Assembly: GCA_020849655.1 (NCBI GenBank)
Contig: JADLFU010000133.1
Coordinates: forward strand, 40,142-104,141
Source of the DNA: Polyangiaceae bacterium
GTDB taxonomy: Bacteria > Myxococcota_A > Polyangia > Polyangiales > Polyangiaceae
Direction: 5' to 3'
Length of the DNA: 64,000 bases
Part shown: positions 16,032-25,728 of the stretch, one piece after another
How the letters are laid out: each line of letters begins with the position of its first letter
Position numbering within the stretch: position 1 is the first letter of the stretch
Notes under the pieces: model-generated
Database searches by the model: none
What the model saw: the letters and a program-made list of their open reading frames with translations, nothing else
Told to the model about the DNA's origin: nothing
Position numbers and translations under genes: made by a program

Positions 16032-16922
16032 TCAGCCCTTCGTGCGATCGGCGCGCATGCCGAGCAGCGTGAGCGGCTCGTCGGACGCGGTGAAGGTGAG
16101 CACCTCGCCGAAGCGGATGTCCGCGCGCTCGGCGGGGCCGTCGAGGAAGAGGCGCGCGTCGTGCATCTTGCTGCGGATCTCGAGCAGCTCGCCGCGGCGG
16201 AGCAGGAGCTTCGTCATCACGAGCGGGCGCCCGTACGGCGTGTACGGCTCGCGCACGACCAGCTGCAGCTCGTCCGAGTCGAGCGGCAGCACGTCGCCGC
16301 CCGCGGAGCGCTGCGCCGCGGTGGAGCCGGCCGCCGGGCCCACCCAGAACCCGCTCGAGCGCTGCTCCTCCTCGCCCCCGTGGACGCGCAGCAGGTAGCG
16401 CGACGTCGCGGCGGGCGACTCGTGGCAGAAGAGCGCGTCGTTGAGCACGTGCTTCGACAGGAGCGCGCCGTCGCGGCGCACCTCCATGCGCGTGAGCACG
16501 ACCCGCGGCAGCTCGCCCGCGGCGAGGCGCGCGAGCACGGCGTCGACCGTCGCGCCGTCCGCGCCGCAGAAGAACCCGACGCTGTGCTCGGGCGCGCTGT
16601 TCACCCCGAGCACGGGCACGCCGACGCCGACCTGGTGCGACGCGGTGAGCAGCGTGCCGTCGCCCCCCACGGTGACGACGAGCGCGGCGCCGGCGGTGTC
16701 GAAGCGATCGGTCGGGCCGACGACGTCGCTCGACAGGCCCGCGCGCAGGAGCCCCTCGGAGACCGCGTCGACGGCGCGCCGGTGCGCGTCGTGCGCGGTG
16801 CGCATCCGCCGGACGGACGCGTCTCCCGCGTCGAGCAAGGCGAGGATGCGCGGATCGCGCTCGTCCTCGACCGAGCGCTGGAAGCTCGTGCGCTTGACGA
16901 CGACGACGGCGCGCCCGCTCAT
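16032..16922 (-). CDS. nadK: NAD+ kinase
   Basis: ATG at 16922 (MSGRAVVVVKRTS). VVTVGGDGTLLTAS (GGDGT). The start overlaps the upstream stop as ATGA. The stop lies 1 nt before the ARH start. Confidence 0.9.
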   Translation of the reverse strand: MSGRAVVVVKRTSFQRSVEDERDPRILALLDAGDASVRRMRTAHDAHRRAVDAVSEGLLRAGLSSDVVGPTDRFDTAGAALVVTVGGDGTLLTASHQVGVGVPVLGVNSAPEHSVGFFCGADGATVDAVLARLAAGELPRVVLTRMEVRRDGALLSKHVLNDALFCHESPAATSRYLLRVHGGEEEQRSSGFWVGPAAGSTAAQRSAGGDVLPLDSDELQLVVREPYTPYGRPLVMTKLLLRRGELLEIRSKMHDARLFLDGPAERADIRFGEVLTFTASDEPLTLLGMRADRTKG

Positions 16923-17602
16923 CGCCCGCTCGGGTACCGCGCGGCGAGCCTGCGCAGGCCGAGCTCGGTCTTCATGTCGTCGAAGAACCCCTCGTCGGCG
17001 AGCGAGAGCGCAGCGGCGAGCGGGTACGCGACGATCTCGGCGGCCTCCTCGAGCGGGGAGCCGTCGAGGCCGGGCGCCCTCCGCGACGACGGATCGACCT
17101 CGACCTCGTAGAAGTAGATGCGCTCGCCGATCACGCCGGGGCTCGGGTAGACGCCCGCCCCGAGCGCCCGGAGCGCGTCGTCCGCGACCGTGACGCCCAG
17201 CTCCTCCTCGAGCTCCCGCGCGGCGCAGCGACGCAGACCGGCCTCGCCCCTCTCCTCGGGCTCGACGAGCCCGGCTGGCAGCTCCCAGAGGCCGCCCGTG
17301 CGCGGCCCGCGCGCCACGGGCTCGTCGGGGCGGAGCGCGACCGGCGGGCGCACCGACGACCGCAGGAACACGCGCCGCACGCCCGCCTCGTCGACGAAGT
17401 GCGCCGCCATCGTCACCGCGTCGAGCGCCGCGCGCCACGCCTCGTCGTACGCGAACGGCCGCGAGGTCGCGCCGCCGGGGAAGGTGAGCGTGAGCCTGCG
17501 GCGGCGCACCCGGAGGAACCCCTCGTCGCAGCGAGATCCGGCGGTGACGTCGTCGACGACCGACACGACGATCGAGGGCAGGGGCGGCAGGGCTTCGCGC
17601 AT
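16919..17602 (-). CDS. Nudix hydrolase (ADP-ribose pyrophosphatase-like)
   Basis: ATG 17602 (MREALPP). Nudix box region GLVEPEERGEAGLRRCAARELEEELGV, with a G-x5-E to RE spacer longer than the consensus. Confidence 0.85.
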   Translation of the reverse strand: MREALPPLPSIVVSVVDDVTAGSRCDEGFLRVRRRRLTLTFPGGATSRPFAYDEAWRAALDAVTMAAHFVDEAGVRRVFLRSSVRPPVALRPDEPVARGPRTGGLWELPAGLVEPEERGEAGLRRCAARELEEELGVTVADDALRALGAGVYPSPGVIGERIYFYEVEVDPSSRRAPGLDGSPLEEAAEIVAYPLAAALSLADEGFFDDMKTELGLRRLAARYPSGR

Positions 17603-17636
17603 GACGCCGCGCGAAGATACCACCGCTCGCGCGGGG

Positions 17637-18704
17637 TCACGCGGCGCGTGACGACCCGGCGCCCGCGCGCGCGCCGATCCAGCTCTCGACGATCGGCCAC
17701 GTCATCTGCGGCGCCTGGCGCCCGACGAGCAGATCGATGTGGCCCGCCGGCCACTCGCGGTAGGCCTTGTCGCGCGCCTGGCTGCGCTCGAACGCCGTGC
17801 GCACGCCGCTCGGCGGCGCGAGATCGTCGTACGTCCCTCCGACGACCAGGAGCGGCGTGTCGGTCATCGCCTCGAAGCCCTCGCCGAAGCCGTCGATCCC
17901 GCCCGGCAGATCGGTGCGGTGCCCGCGCTCCATCGCCCAGCGGAACATCGCGCGCATCACGCGGATGGAGCCGAGATCCATCGCGAGCGACATGTGCTGC
18001 GCGATGATGTCGGCCTCGATGCCGGGCGGGTAGTAGCCCCGAAAGGGCAGCGGGTAGAGCGGGCTCTCGACGAACGCGCGGAACCCTCGCACCGCCTCGC
18101 CCACCAGGTTCAGCTCCATCGCCGGCAGGCGCTCGACGAGCGCGAGGCGCTTGTCGAGCGACAGGAGCAGCGCGCCGATGCGCCGCAGCCCCTGGGCGCC
18201 CTCGCAGAAGTGGTACGGGCTGCCGATCGACACCACGCCCGCCACGGCGTCGCCGACGCGCGGCGCGACCGCGTACGAGACGAGCCCGCCGAGCGAGTGG
18301 CCGACGAGGAACACCGGCGCGCCGCCCGTCAGCGACCGCACCTTGTCGAGCGCGGAGGGCACGTCCTCGCGGACGTAGTCGTCCGGGGAGTGCGGGGCCT
18401 TCGCGCCGAGGTGCCCGCTGCGCCCGTGCCCGCGCAGCTCGAGCGAGAACACGTCGAACCCGGCGCGCGCGAGGTGGTTCGTCATGCTGCGCTTCGGCAG
18501 GTGCCAGGCGTAGCGGTTCTGGCCGTAGCCGTGGATGAGCATCACGGTCGCGCGCGTGCCCCCCGGATCTCCGCGGCGGGTCGCGCGGCGCTTGCGGACG
18601 AGCGCGAGCGGCACCGGGCCGTCGGTGACCACGAGCTCCCGCACGAAGCGGCCCTTGTCGGCGCGGTCGACCGACTGCTCGACGATCTTCGACCCGAGGA
18701 TCAC
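17637..18704 (-). CDS. alpha/beta-fold hydrolase
   Basis: GTG start overlaps the upstream TGA (GTGA). VMLIHGYGQNRYAWH, LRGHGRS, nucleophile elbow VGHSLGG. Confidence 0.85.
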   Translation of the reverse strand: MILGSKIVEQSVDRADKGRFVRELVVTDGPVPLALVRKRRATRRGDPGGTRATVMLIHGYGQNRYAWHLPKRSMTNHLARAGFDVFSLELRGHGRSGHLGAKAPHSPDDYVREDVPSALDKVRSLTGGAPVFLVGHSLGGLVSYAVAPRVGDAVAGVVSIGSPYHFCEGAQGLRRIGALLLSLDKRLALVERLPAMELNLVGEAVRGFRAFVESPLYPLPFRGYYPPGIEADIIAQHMSLAMDLGSIRVMRAMFRWAMERGHRTDLPGGIDGFGEGFEAMTDTPLLVVGGTYDDLAPPSGVRTAFERSQARDKAYREWPAGHIDLLVGRQAPQMTWPIVESWIGARAGAGSSRAA

Positions 18705-20626
18705 TCGTCGTCCCCGTCCGTCGCCCGCTGCGTGAGCCCGAGCAGCCGGAGCTTCTTGTGCAGGCCCTCGCGGGTGATGCCGAGCGTCCTCGCGGCCGCC
18801 GTCTTGTTGTTGTCGTGCTCGCGCAGCGACTCGACGAGCAGGTAGCGCTCGACCGTGTCCATCATCTCGCGCAGGTTGCCCTTCGTGACGCCGGCGCGCG
18901 TCGCCATGCCCTCGGCCTTGCGCAGGTGCGGCGACAGGAGATCGGGCGTGACGATGCCGCCCGCGTCGACCTGGATGACGAGCCGCTGCACCTCGTTCTG
19001 CAGCTCGCGCACGTTGCCCGGCCAGTCGTACGCCACCAGCATCTCCATCGTCGCCTGCGCGAGCCCGCTCGTCGTCTTGCCGATCTCGCGCGCGTAGCGC
19101 TGCAAGAAGTGCCCCGCGAGCAGCGGGACGTCGTCGCGGCGCTCGCGGAGCGGCGGCACGCGCAGCGGGAACACCTTCAGCCGGTAGTACAGGTCCTCGC
19201 GGAACCGCCCCGCCTTCACCTCGGCCTCGAGCGAGCGGTTCGTCGCGGCGACGATGCGCACGTCGACGTGCTTCGCCTGCGTCGCGCCCACGGGCCGCAC
19301 CTCGCCCTCCTGCAGCGCGCGCAGCAGCTTCGCTTGCAGCGACAGGGCCATCTCGCCGAGCTCGTCGAGGAAGAGCGTCCCGCCGTTCGCGATCTCGAAG
19401 AGGCCCTTCTTCTCCTCGGTCGCGCCGGTGAACGCGCCCTTCTTGTGGCCGAACAGCTCGCTCTCGAGCAGCTGCTCCGGCAAGGCCGCGCAGTTCTGCG
19501 TCACGAAGAGCTTGTCGCGGCGGCGCGAGCGGTGGTGCAGCGCCGAGGCGACGAGCTCCTTGCCGACGCCCGTCTCGCCCTCGATGAGCACGCTCACCTT
19601 CGTGTCGGCGACCTTGTCGATCTGCGCGAGCAGCTCGCGCATCGCGTGGCCGCGTCCCACGATGTCGCGCGTCCCGCGCTGCGCGGCCTCGCGGCCCTTC
19701 AGGTAGGTGTTCTCGCGGCGCAGCTCGCGCTCGGCGACGCGCAGCCGCTCGATGAGGCGCGCGTTCGCGACCGCGAGGCTCGCCGACGTCCCGAGCACCG
19801 CGAGCACGTCGACGTCGACCTGGCCGAGCATCGCGGGCGCGGAGCGGTTGTCGACCTGCAGCACGCCCTCGAGCTCGTCGCCGCGAAACAGCGGCACGCC
19901 GACGATGCTCTTGATCTGCGCGCCGATGAGCGACTGCGAGCCCGCGACGTCGCGCGGCGCGTCGGCCGCGAGCACCGTGGCGCGCTCGGCCACCACCTTG
20001 CGGAACACCGCGCGCGCGACCGGCACCGCGCCCGCCGGCGACGTCCCGCGGCCGGAGGCGTCGCGCACGCGCGTCAGCACCGGGACGAACGCGTCGTCGT
20101 CGCGCAGCACGAGGGTCGCGTGGGTCGCGCCCGGCACGAGCTCGAGCGCCGCGTCGGCGATCGCCACGAGCACCTCGTCGAGCCCGCTCGCCGCGCCGAT
20201 CGCGCGCTCCTGCCTCACGATCTCCGCGAGGCGCGCGGGGTCGACGACGCCCGCCTCGCCGTCGCGTCGCAGCGCCATCACGTGGGCCTCGCCCGCGTCG
20301 CCGACCGCCGCGAAATACAACACCGCCGCCTGCTCGCCCCAGCCGAGCTCGACGAGATCGCCCACCCGGAGCGCGAGCCGCCAGCCGTTCGCGTCGGAGA
20401 CCTGCGTGCGCTCGCCGTCGCGGATGCGCGCGGCGCCGTGATCGGCGCCCAGCCCCTCGAGCAGCACGCCGTCCGCGCCGACCACGAGCCGCGCGTGCTC
20501 GGGCGCGACGGACGGATCGGTGAGCCGGATCTCCGCGTCGTCCGCCCGGCCGATGCGCATCACCTCGCCGGGCACCTCGAAGACCTGCCCGGCGTGCGCC
20601 CCCGCGCGAACCTCGATGCGAATCAC
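18701..20626 (-). CDS. sigma-54-dependent transcriptional activator with N-terminal FHA and GAF domains
   Basis: FHA-like VFEVPGEVMRIGRADDAEIRLTDPSVAPEHARL. AAA+ GETGVGKELVASALH, ESELFGHKKGAFTGA. C-terminal Fis-type HTH NKTAAARTLGITREGLHKKL. Confidence 0.9.
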   Translation of the reverse strand: MIRIEVRAGAHAGQVFEVPGEVMRIGRADDAEIRLTDPSVAPEHARLVVGADGVLLEGLGADHGAARIRDGERTQVSDANGWRLALRVGDLVELGWGEQAAVLYFAAVGDAGEAHVMALRRDGEAGVVDPARLAEIVRQERAIGAASGLDEVLVAIADAALELVPGATHATLVLRDDDAFVPVLTRVRDASGRGTSPAGAVPVARAVFRKVVAERATVLAADAPRDVAGSQSLIGAQIKSIVGVPLFRGDELEGVLQVDNRSAPAMLGQVDVDVLAVLGTSASLAVANARLIERLRVAERELRRENTYLKGREAAQRGTRDIVGRGHAMRELLAQIDKVADTKVSVLIEGETGVGKELVASALHHRSRRRDKLFVTQNCAALPEQLLESELFGHKKGAFTGATEEKKGLFEIANGGTLFLDELGEMALSLQAKLLRALQEGEVRPVGATQAKHVDVRIVAATNRSLEAEVKAGRFREDLYYRLKVFPLRVPPLRERRDDVPLLAGHFLQRYAREIGKTTSGLAQATMEMLVAYDWPGNVRELQNEVQRLVIQVDAGGIVTPDLLSPHLRKAEGMATRAGVTKGNLREMMDTVERYLLVESLREHDNNKTAAARTLGITREGLHKKLRLLGLTQRATDGDDE

Positions 20627-20639
20627 GCGCCCGGCGTGC

Positions 20640-22337
20640 TCACTGCGCGCGCGCGCGGAGCCGCGGGATGAACTGCTTCAGCGGGCTGTTGCCCTGGACG
20701 GCCACCGCGTCGCCGCGCGCGGCGTCGGCGTCGACGATCTTCTGCAGCTCGTCCGCGATCTTCGCGTCGCCCTGCGGCGAGAGCTTGTCGATGGCCTTCG
20801 CGGAGACGAACTTGATCGAGGCGTTCCGGATCTTGTGCCAGCGCTTCGCGATCTCGCCCTTCGTGTCGTCCTTGCCGAGCATCCCGAGCATGAACGCCGA
20901 CTTGATGCCGGTGAACTGCTGGTTCTTCTCCTGGACCTTCTCGTCCTCGAGCTTGCCGAGGTAGCAGCCGAGGTTGTCGCCGCAGGCGGTGAGGACGTCG
21001 CTCGCGAGCTTGAACGCGGCCTTCTCGAGGTCGGAGCCCTCGCGGTCGACGACCTTCTTCACCTCGTCGACCTGCTCCTTGCGCATCAGCTTCATCGCCG
21101 ACTGCAGGAGCGCGCCCTGGATGAGGTCGGCCTCCTCCTTCTCCTTCGCGCCCTTCGCGACCGCGTCGACCTGCTTCAGCAGCCACGGGACGATGCTGCT
21201 GTCCATCCAGTCGGCGACCTGCTCGGCGAGCGCGATGCGGGCGTTCTGGCCGTCGCCGAGCGTCGCGCCGTTCGACGTCTTCTCGAACACGCCCTGCACG
21301 GTCTTGATCGACTCGGGGCTCGCCGGCAGCTTCGCGAGCTCCCGCGCGAGGTGCGCCTTGTCGCCCTCCTCGGTCGCCGCGTTGACGGCCGCGATCATCG
21401 GCGTGAGCGCCTCGGTGCGGCCGAGCAGGCCCATCGTCGCCGCCGCCGACGCGATGTAGCCCTTGGGGTTCACCTTCTTCACGTACTCGGCGATCTCGGC
21501 GTCCTTGCCGCTCATCACGTCGAGCAGCATGATCACGCTCGGCTTGCCGATCTTCACGAGGGCCATCAGCGCCGTCGCGGCGATGTCCTTCTTGTCGGGC
21601 GTGACCATCGCCTTGAAGAGCACCTTCGTCGCCTCGGCGGCCTTCAGCTCGCCGAGGATCAGCGCGGCCACGGTCTGGTGGTAGATGGCGTTGCGCAGCT
21701 CGTCGATGTTCTTCGGGTCGACGGGCTTGTTGACCTCGTCGATGAGCTTGCCCTTCCACGCCTGGTCGGGGATCGCCAGCATCGCCTCCTGCACCGCGAT
21801 GTACGGCGGGCCGAGATCCTTCTTCGACGGGTTCACGCGGAGGAACGCCTCGAGCAGCGGGCCCGCGGCCTCCTGCACCTTCAGCGTCTTGACGAAGTGC
21901 GCGGCCTCCGTCGCCTCCTGCGCCGTCGCCTTGCCGGCCGCGAAGTCGGAGAGCGCCTTGATGATGGCGCCCTTCGCGTTGACGTCGCGCGTGCCGGAGA
22001 GCGACTTCAGGAGATCCTTCCGGGTCTTCTCGTCGAGATCGCCCTTCACGTAGGCGTCCGACATGGGCTTCACGATCTTGCCCATGAGCGCCTTCATCTC
22101 GGGCGCCTCACGGTTGTTGTTCGCCTTCGTCATGCCGTCTTCGTAGAACTGGTTCAGGCGCTTGATGGCGCCCGCGCGCTTCGCCGGATCGTCGAGGCGC
22201 TTCACCCAGGTCTCGGGCTGGCTCTCGTCCTCGCACCCGACGAGCACCGTCGACGACGCGACGACGATGAGGGGGAGGGCCGCGCCGAACAGGAGGCGGG
22301 TCGCGAGGGCGGAGAGAGCGCGCGCGTTCTTGAGCAT
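20640..22337 (-). CDS. HEAT/armadillo-like repeat lipoprotein
   Basis: ATG 22337 ([35 protein letters not shown] lipobox). All-helical Lys/Ala/Leu-rich body. Stop is 13 nt before the sigma-54 activator start. Confidence 0.7.
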   Translation of the reverse strand: MLKNARALSALATRLLFGAALPLIVVASSTVLVGCEDESQPETWVKRLDDPAKRAGAIKRLNQFYEDGMTKANNNREAPEMKALMGKIVKPMSDAYVKGDLDEKTRKDLLKSLSGTRDVNAKGAIIKALSDFAAGKATAQEATEAAHFVKTLKVQEAAGPLLEAFLRVNPSKKDLGPPYIAVQEAMLAIPDQAWKGKLIDEVNKPVDPKNIDELRNAIYHQTVAALILGELKAAEATKVLFKAMVTPDKKDIAATALMALVKIGKPSVIMLLDVMSGKDAEIAEYVKKVNPKGYIASAAATMGLLGRTEALTPMIAAVNAATEEGDKAHLARELAKLPASPESIKTVQGVFEKTSNGATLGDGQNARIALAEQVADWMDSSIVPWLLKQVDAVAKGAKEKEEADLIQGALLQSAMKLMRKEQVDEVKKVVDREGSDLEKAAFKLASDVLTACGDNLGCYLGKLEDEKVQEKNQQFTGIKSAFMLGMLGKDDTKGEIAKRWHKIRNASIKFVSAKAIDKLSPQGDAKIADELQKIVDADAARGDAVAVQGNSPLKQFIPRLRARAQ

Positions 22338-22453
22338 GGCGCGCGGACGGTAGAGGTGCGCGCGCTCGGGTGTCAACGATCGCGCGCCGACGCGGCGTGT
22401 CGCCGCGCGCTTGGCTCCGGCCTCGCGAACGGGTACGAGCCGCGGCCTCCGTC

Positions 22454-23341
22454 ATGCACTTCCAGGACATCATCCTCACGCTGCAGGACTTCTGGGCGAA
22501 GCGCGGGTGCCTGGTCGTCCAGCCCTACAACACGGAGGTCGGCGCGGGCACGTACAACCCGCAGACGTTCCTGCGCGCGCTCGGCCCGGAGCCCTGGCGC
22601 ATCGCGTACGTCGAGCCGTCGCGCCGCCCGTCCGACGGCCGCTACGGAGACAACCCCAACCGGCTGCAGCAGTTTCATCAGTTTCAGGTGATCCTGAAGC
22701 CCTCGCCGATCGAGATCCAGGAGCTGTACCTGGAGTCGCTCGCGGCGCTCGGCACCGATCCGCTGGCCCACGACGTGCGCTTCATCGAGGACGACTGGGA
22801 GTCCCCGACGCTGGGCGCGTGGGGGCTCGGCTGGCAGGTGTGGCTGGACGGCCTCGAGATCAGCCAGTTCACGTACTTCCAGCAGGTGGGCGGCGTCGAC
22901 TGCCGGCCCGTCTGCGGCGAGCTGACGTACGGGCTCGAGCGCATCGCGATGTACCTGCAGGACAAGGAGAGCGTCTACGAGCTCTCGTACGGCGACGGCG
23001 TCTCGTACGGCGACGTCTACCGGCGCGCCGAGTGGGAGTGGTCGACCTACAACTTCGAGGAGGCGAGCGTGCCCGCGCACTTCGCCGCCTTCGACCACTG
23101 CGAGGCCGAGGCGAAGCGCCTCCTGTCGCGCGACGTCGACCCGCAGAAGAAGCTCGTGCTGCCCGCGTACGATTTCGTCGCGAAGGCCGCGCACCAGTTC
23201 AACGTGCTCGACGCGCGCGGCGCCATCGGCGTCACCGAGCGCGCGCGCTTCATCGGGCGGGTGCGCGCGCTCGCGAAGGGCGTGGCGGAGGCGTACGTCG
23301 CGCAGCGAGAGGCGATGGGGTTCCCGCTGCTCCGCGGGTGA
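22454..23341 (+). CDS. glyQ: glycine--tRNA ligase alpha subunit
   Basis: ATG 22454. [48 protein letters not shown]...[23 protein letters not shown] is canonical GlyQ. Confidence 0.95.
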   Translation: MHFQDIILTLQDFWAKRGCLVVQPYNTEVGAGTYNPQTFLRALGPEPWRIAYVEPSRRPSDGRYGDNPNRLQQFHQFQVILKPSPIEIQELYLESLAALGTDPLAHDVRFIEDDWESPTLGAWGLGWQVWLDGLEISQFTYFQQVGGVDCRPVCGELTYGLERIAMYLQDKESVYELSYGDGVSYGDVYRRAEWEWSTYNFEEASVPAHFAAFDHCEAEAKRLLSRDVDPQKKLVLPAYDFVAKAAHQFNVLDARGAIGVTERARFIGRVRALAKGVAEAYVAQREAMGFPLLRG

Positions 23342-23449
23342 GCCCGCGGCGCGACAGGCACACCGCAATCGTCGAGGCTGAGCGAAATCCTGCGAGATTC
23401 TGCGCGTCGCCCCTGGTTCGCGCGGGGCGGGGTTGCTAAGGAGCCCACA

Positions 23450-23465
23450 CTTCTACCGGTAGAAG
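23450..23465. promoter_or_regulatory. perfect 16-bp palindrome just upstream of the S1 protease start
   Basis: CTTCTACCGGTAGAAG at 23450-23465, 16 nt before ATG 23482 in a 140-nt intergenic region. Either an operator or a translation-masking hairpin. Confidence 0.35.
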
Positions 23466-23481
23466 CGGAGACGAAAAAGCG

Positions 23482-24874
23482 ATGCGACTCTCTTGGTTGG
23501 GACTGGTCGGGCTCGGCTGCGTGGCGACCCTCACGGGCGGCGGGTGCGGAGGGTCGGAGGCCGGAGGGGGCCCCGCGGTGTCGCAGGTGGCGGCGCCCAT
23601 CCAGGGAGGCGTGAACGACACGACCGATCTGAACGTCGTCGGGCTCTCGATCATCATGGGCCAGAGCGGCGGCATGTGCACCGGCTCGCTCATCGCGCCG
23701 AACCTCGTGCTGACGGCGCGACACTGCGTCTCGGAGCTGGAGAATCCGCCAGGGTTCCCGGAGGGGGCGGTCGCGTGCGGGCAGTCGACGTTCGGCGCCG
23801 TGCACCCCGCGACGAGCTTCAGCGCGACCACGAACGCGTACATCAACTTCAACGGCAAGTACAAGATCACCGACGTGCTCGTGCCGCCGGAGAGCGACGC
23901 GGCGTGCGGGTACGACATGGCGCTGCTCATCCTGAGCAAGTCGGTCACCGAGACGCAGCCGCTCATCCCGCGCGTCGACGAGGCGCCGAAGAAGGGCGAG
24001 GTCTACCGCGCCGTCGGCTACGGCGCGACGAGCGACTCGCAGTCGGGCCAGAACCAGGCCGGCACGCGCCGCATGCGCGACAGCCTCACGTTGACGTGCG
24101 CGTCGGGGTGCTTCCAGTACGGCGCGACCGACAAGGAGATCGTGGGCCAGACGGGCATCTGCCAGGGTGACTCGGGCGGGCCCGCGCTCGACGGGCAGAA
24201 CCGCGTGTTCGGCGTCGTGTCGCGCGGCGGCAACAGCTGCTCGAGCCCCATCTACGGCAGCGTCTACAAGTGGGCGAACTGGATCAAGGACACCGCGCTC
24301 GTCGCCGCCGAGAAGGGCGGCTACGAGCCGCCGGCCTGGGCGAAGGGCGAACCGACCAGCGGCATGGGCGGCTCGAGCGGGGCGGGCGGCTCGCCGGGGA
24401 CGGCGGGCGCTGCGGGGACGCCTGGCAGCGCTGGCTCACCCGGCGCCGCAGGGACGCCCGGCGCCGGAGGATCGCCCGGCGCGGCAGGATCGCCCGGGGG
24501 AGGCGGCGCCCCTGGCGCCGGGGGCGAGCCCGCGTCGGCGGCCGGCGCGCCGCAGTCGAGCGGCCCCGCGTTCGGCACCGCGTGCAAGAGCGACGCGGAG
24601 TGCCCCGGCGGCGTCTGCGTGACCGAGAAGGGCTACAGCTACTGCACGGCGGACTGCGCGGCCGACGAGGCCATCTGCCCGACCAGCTCCGGCTACGCGT
24701 GCACGCCGGTCCAGGGCTCCGATCGCAAGGTGTGCACCGACACGAACCTCGAGGACGCGTCCGGCAGCAGCGGCGGGTGCACTGTCGCGAGGGGAGAGCC
24801 CGCGAAGCCCGTGCCGTGGAGGTCCGCGGCGCTCTCCGGCCTCGCCCTCGCGCTCGCCGGGCTGCGCCGGCGAC

Positions 24875-24885
<11 letters not shown>
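23482..24885 (+). CDS. secreted trypsin-like (S1) serine protease with Gly/Ala/Pro spacer, Cys-rich module and MYXO-CTERM-like sorting tail
   Basis: Triad contexts LTARHC, YDMALLIL, CQGDSGGP. GSPGAAGTPGA repeats. The tail GGCTVARGEPAKPVPWRSAALSGLALALAGLRRRRAR is Cys plus hydrophobic helix plus Arg cluster. Confidence 0.85.
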
Positions 24886-25699
<814 letters not shown>

Positions 25700-25728
25700 G
25701 GCCGTAGCTCAGCTCAGCGCTCCCCACC

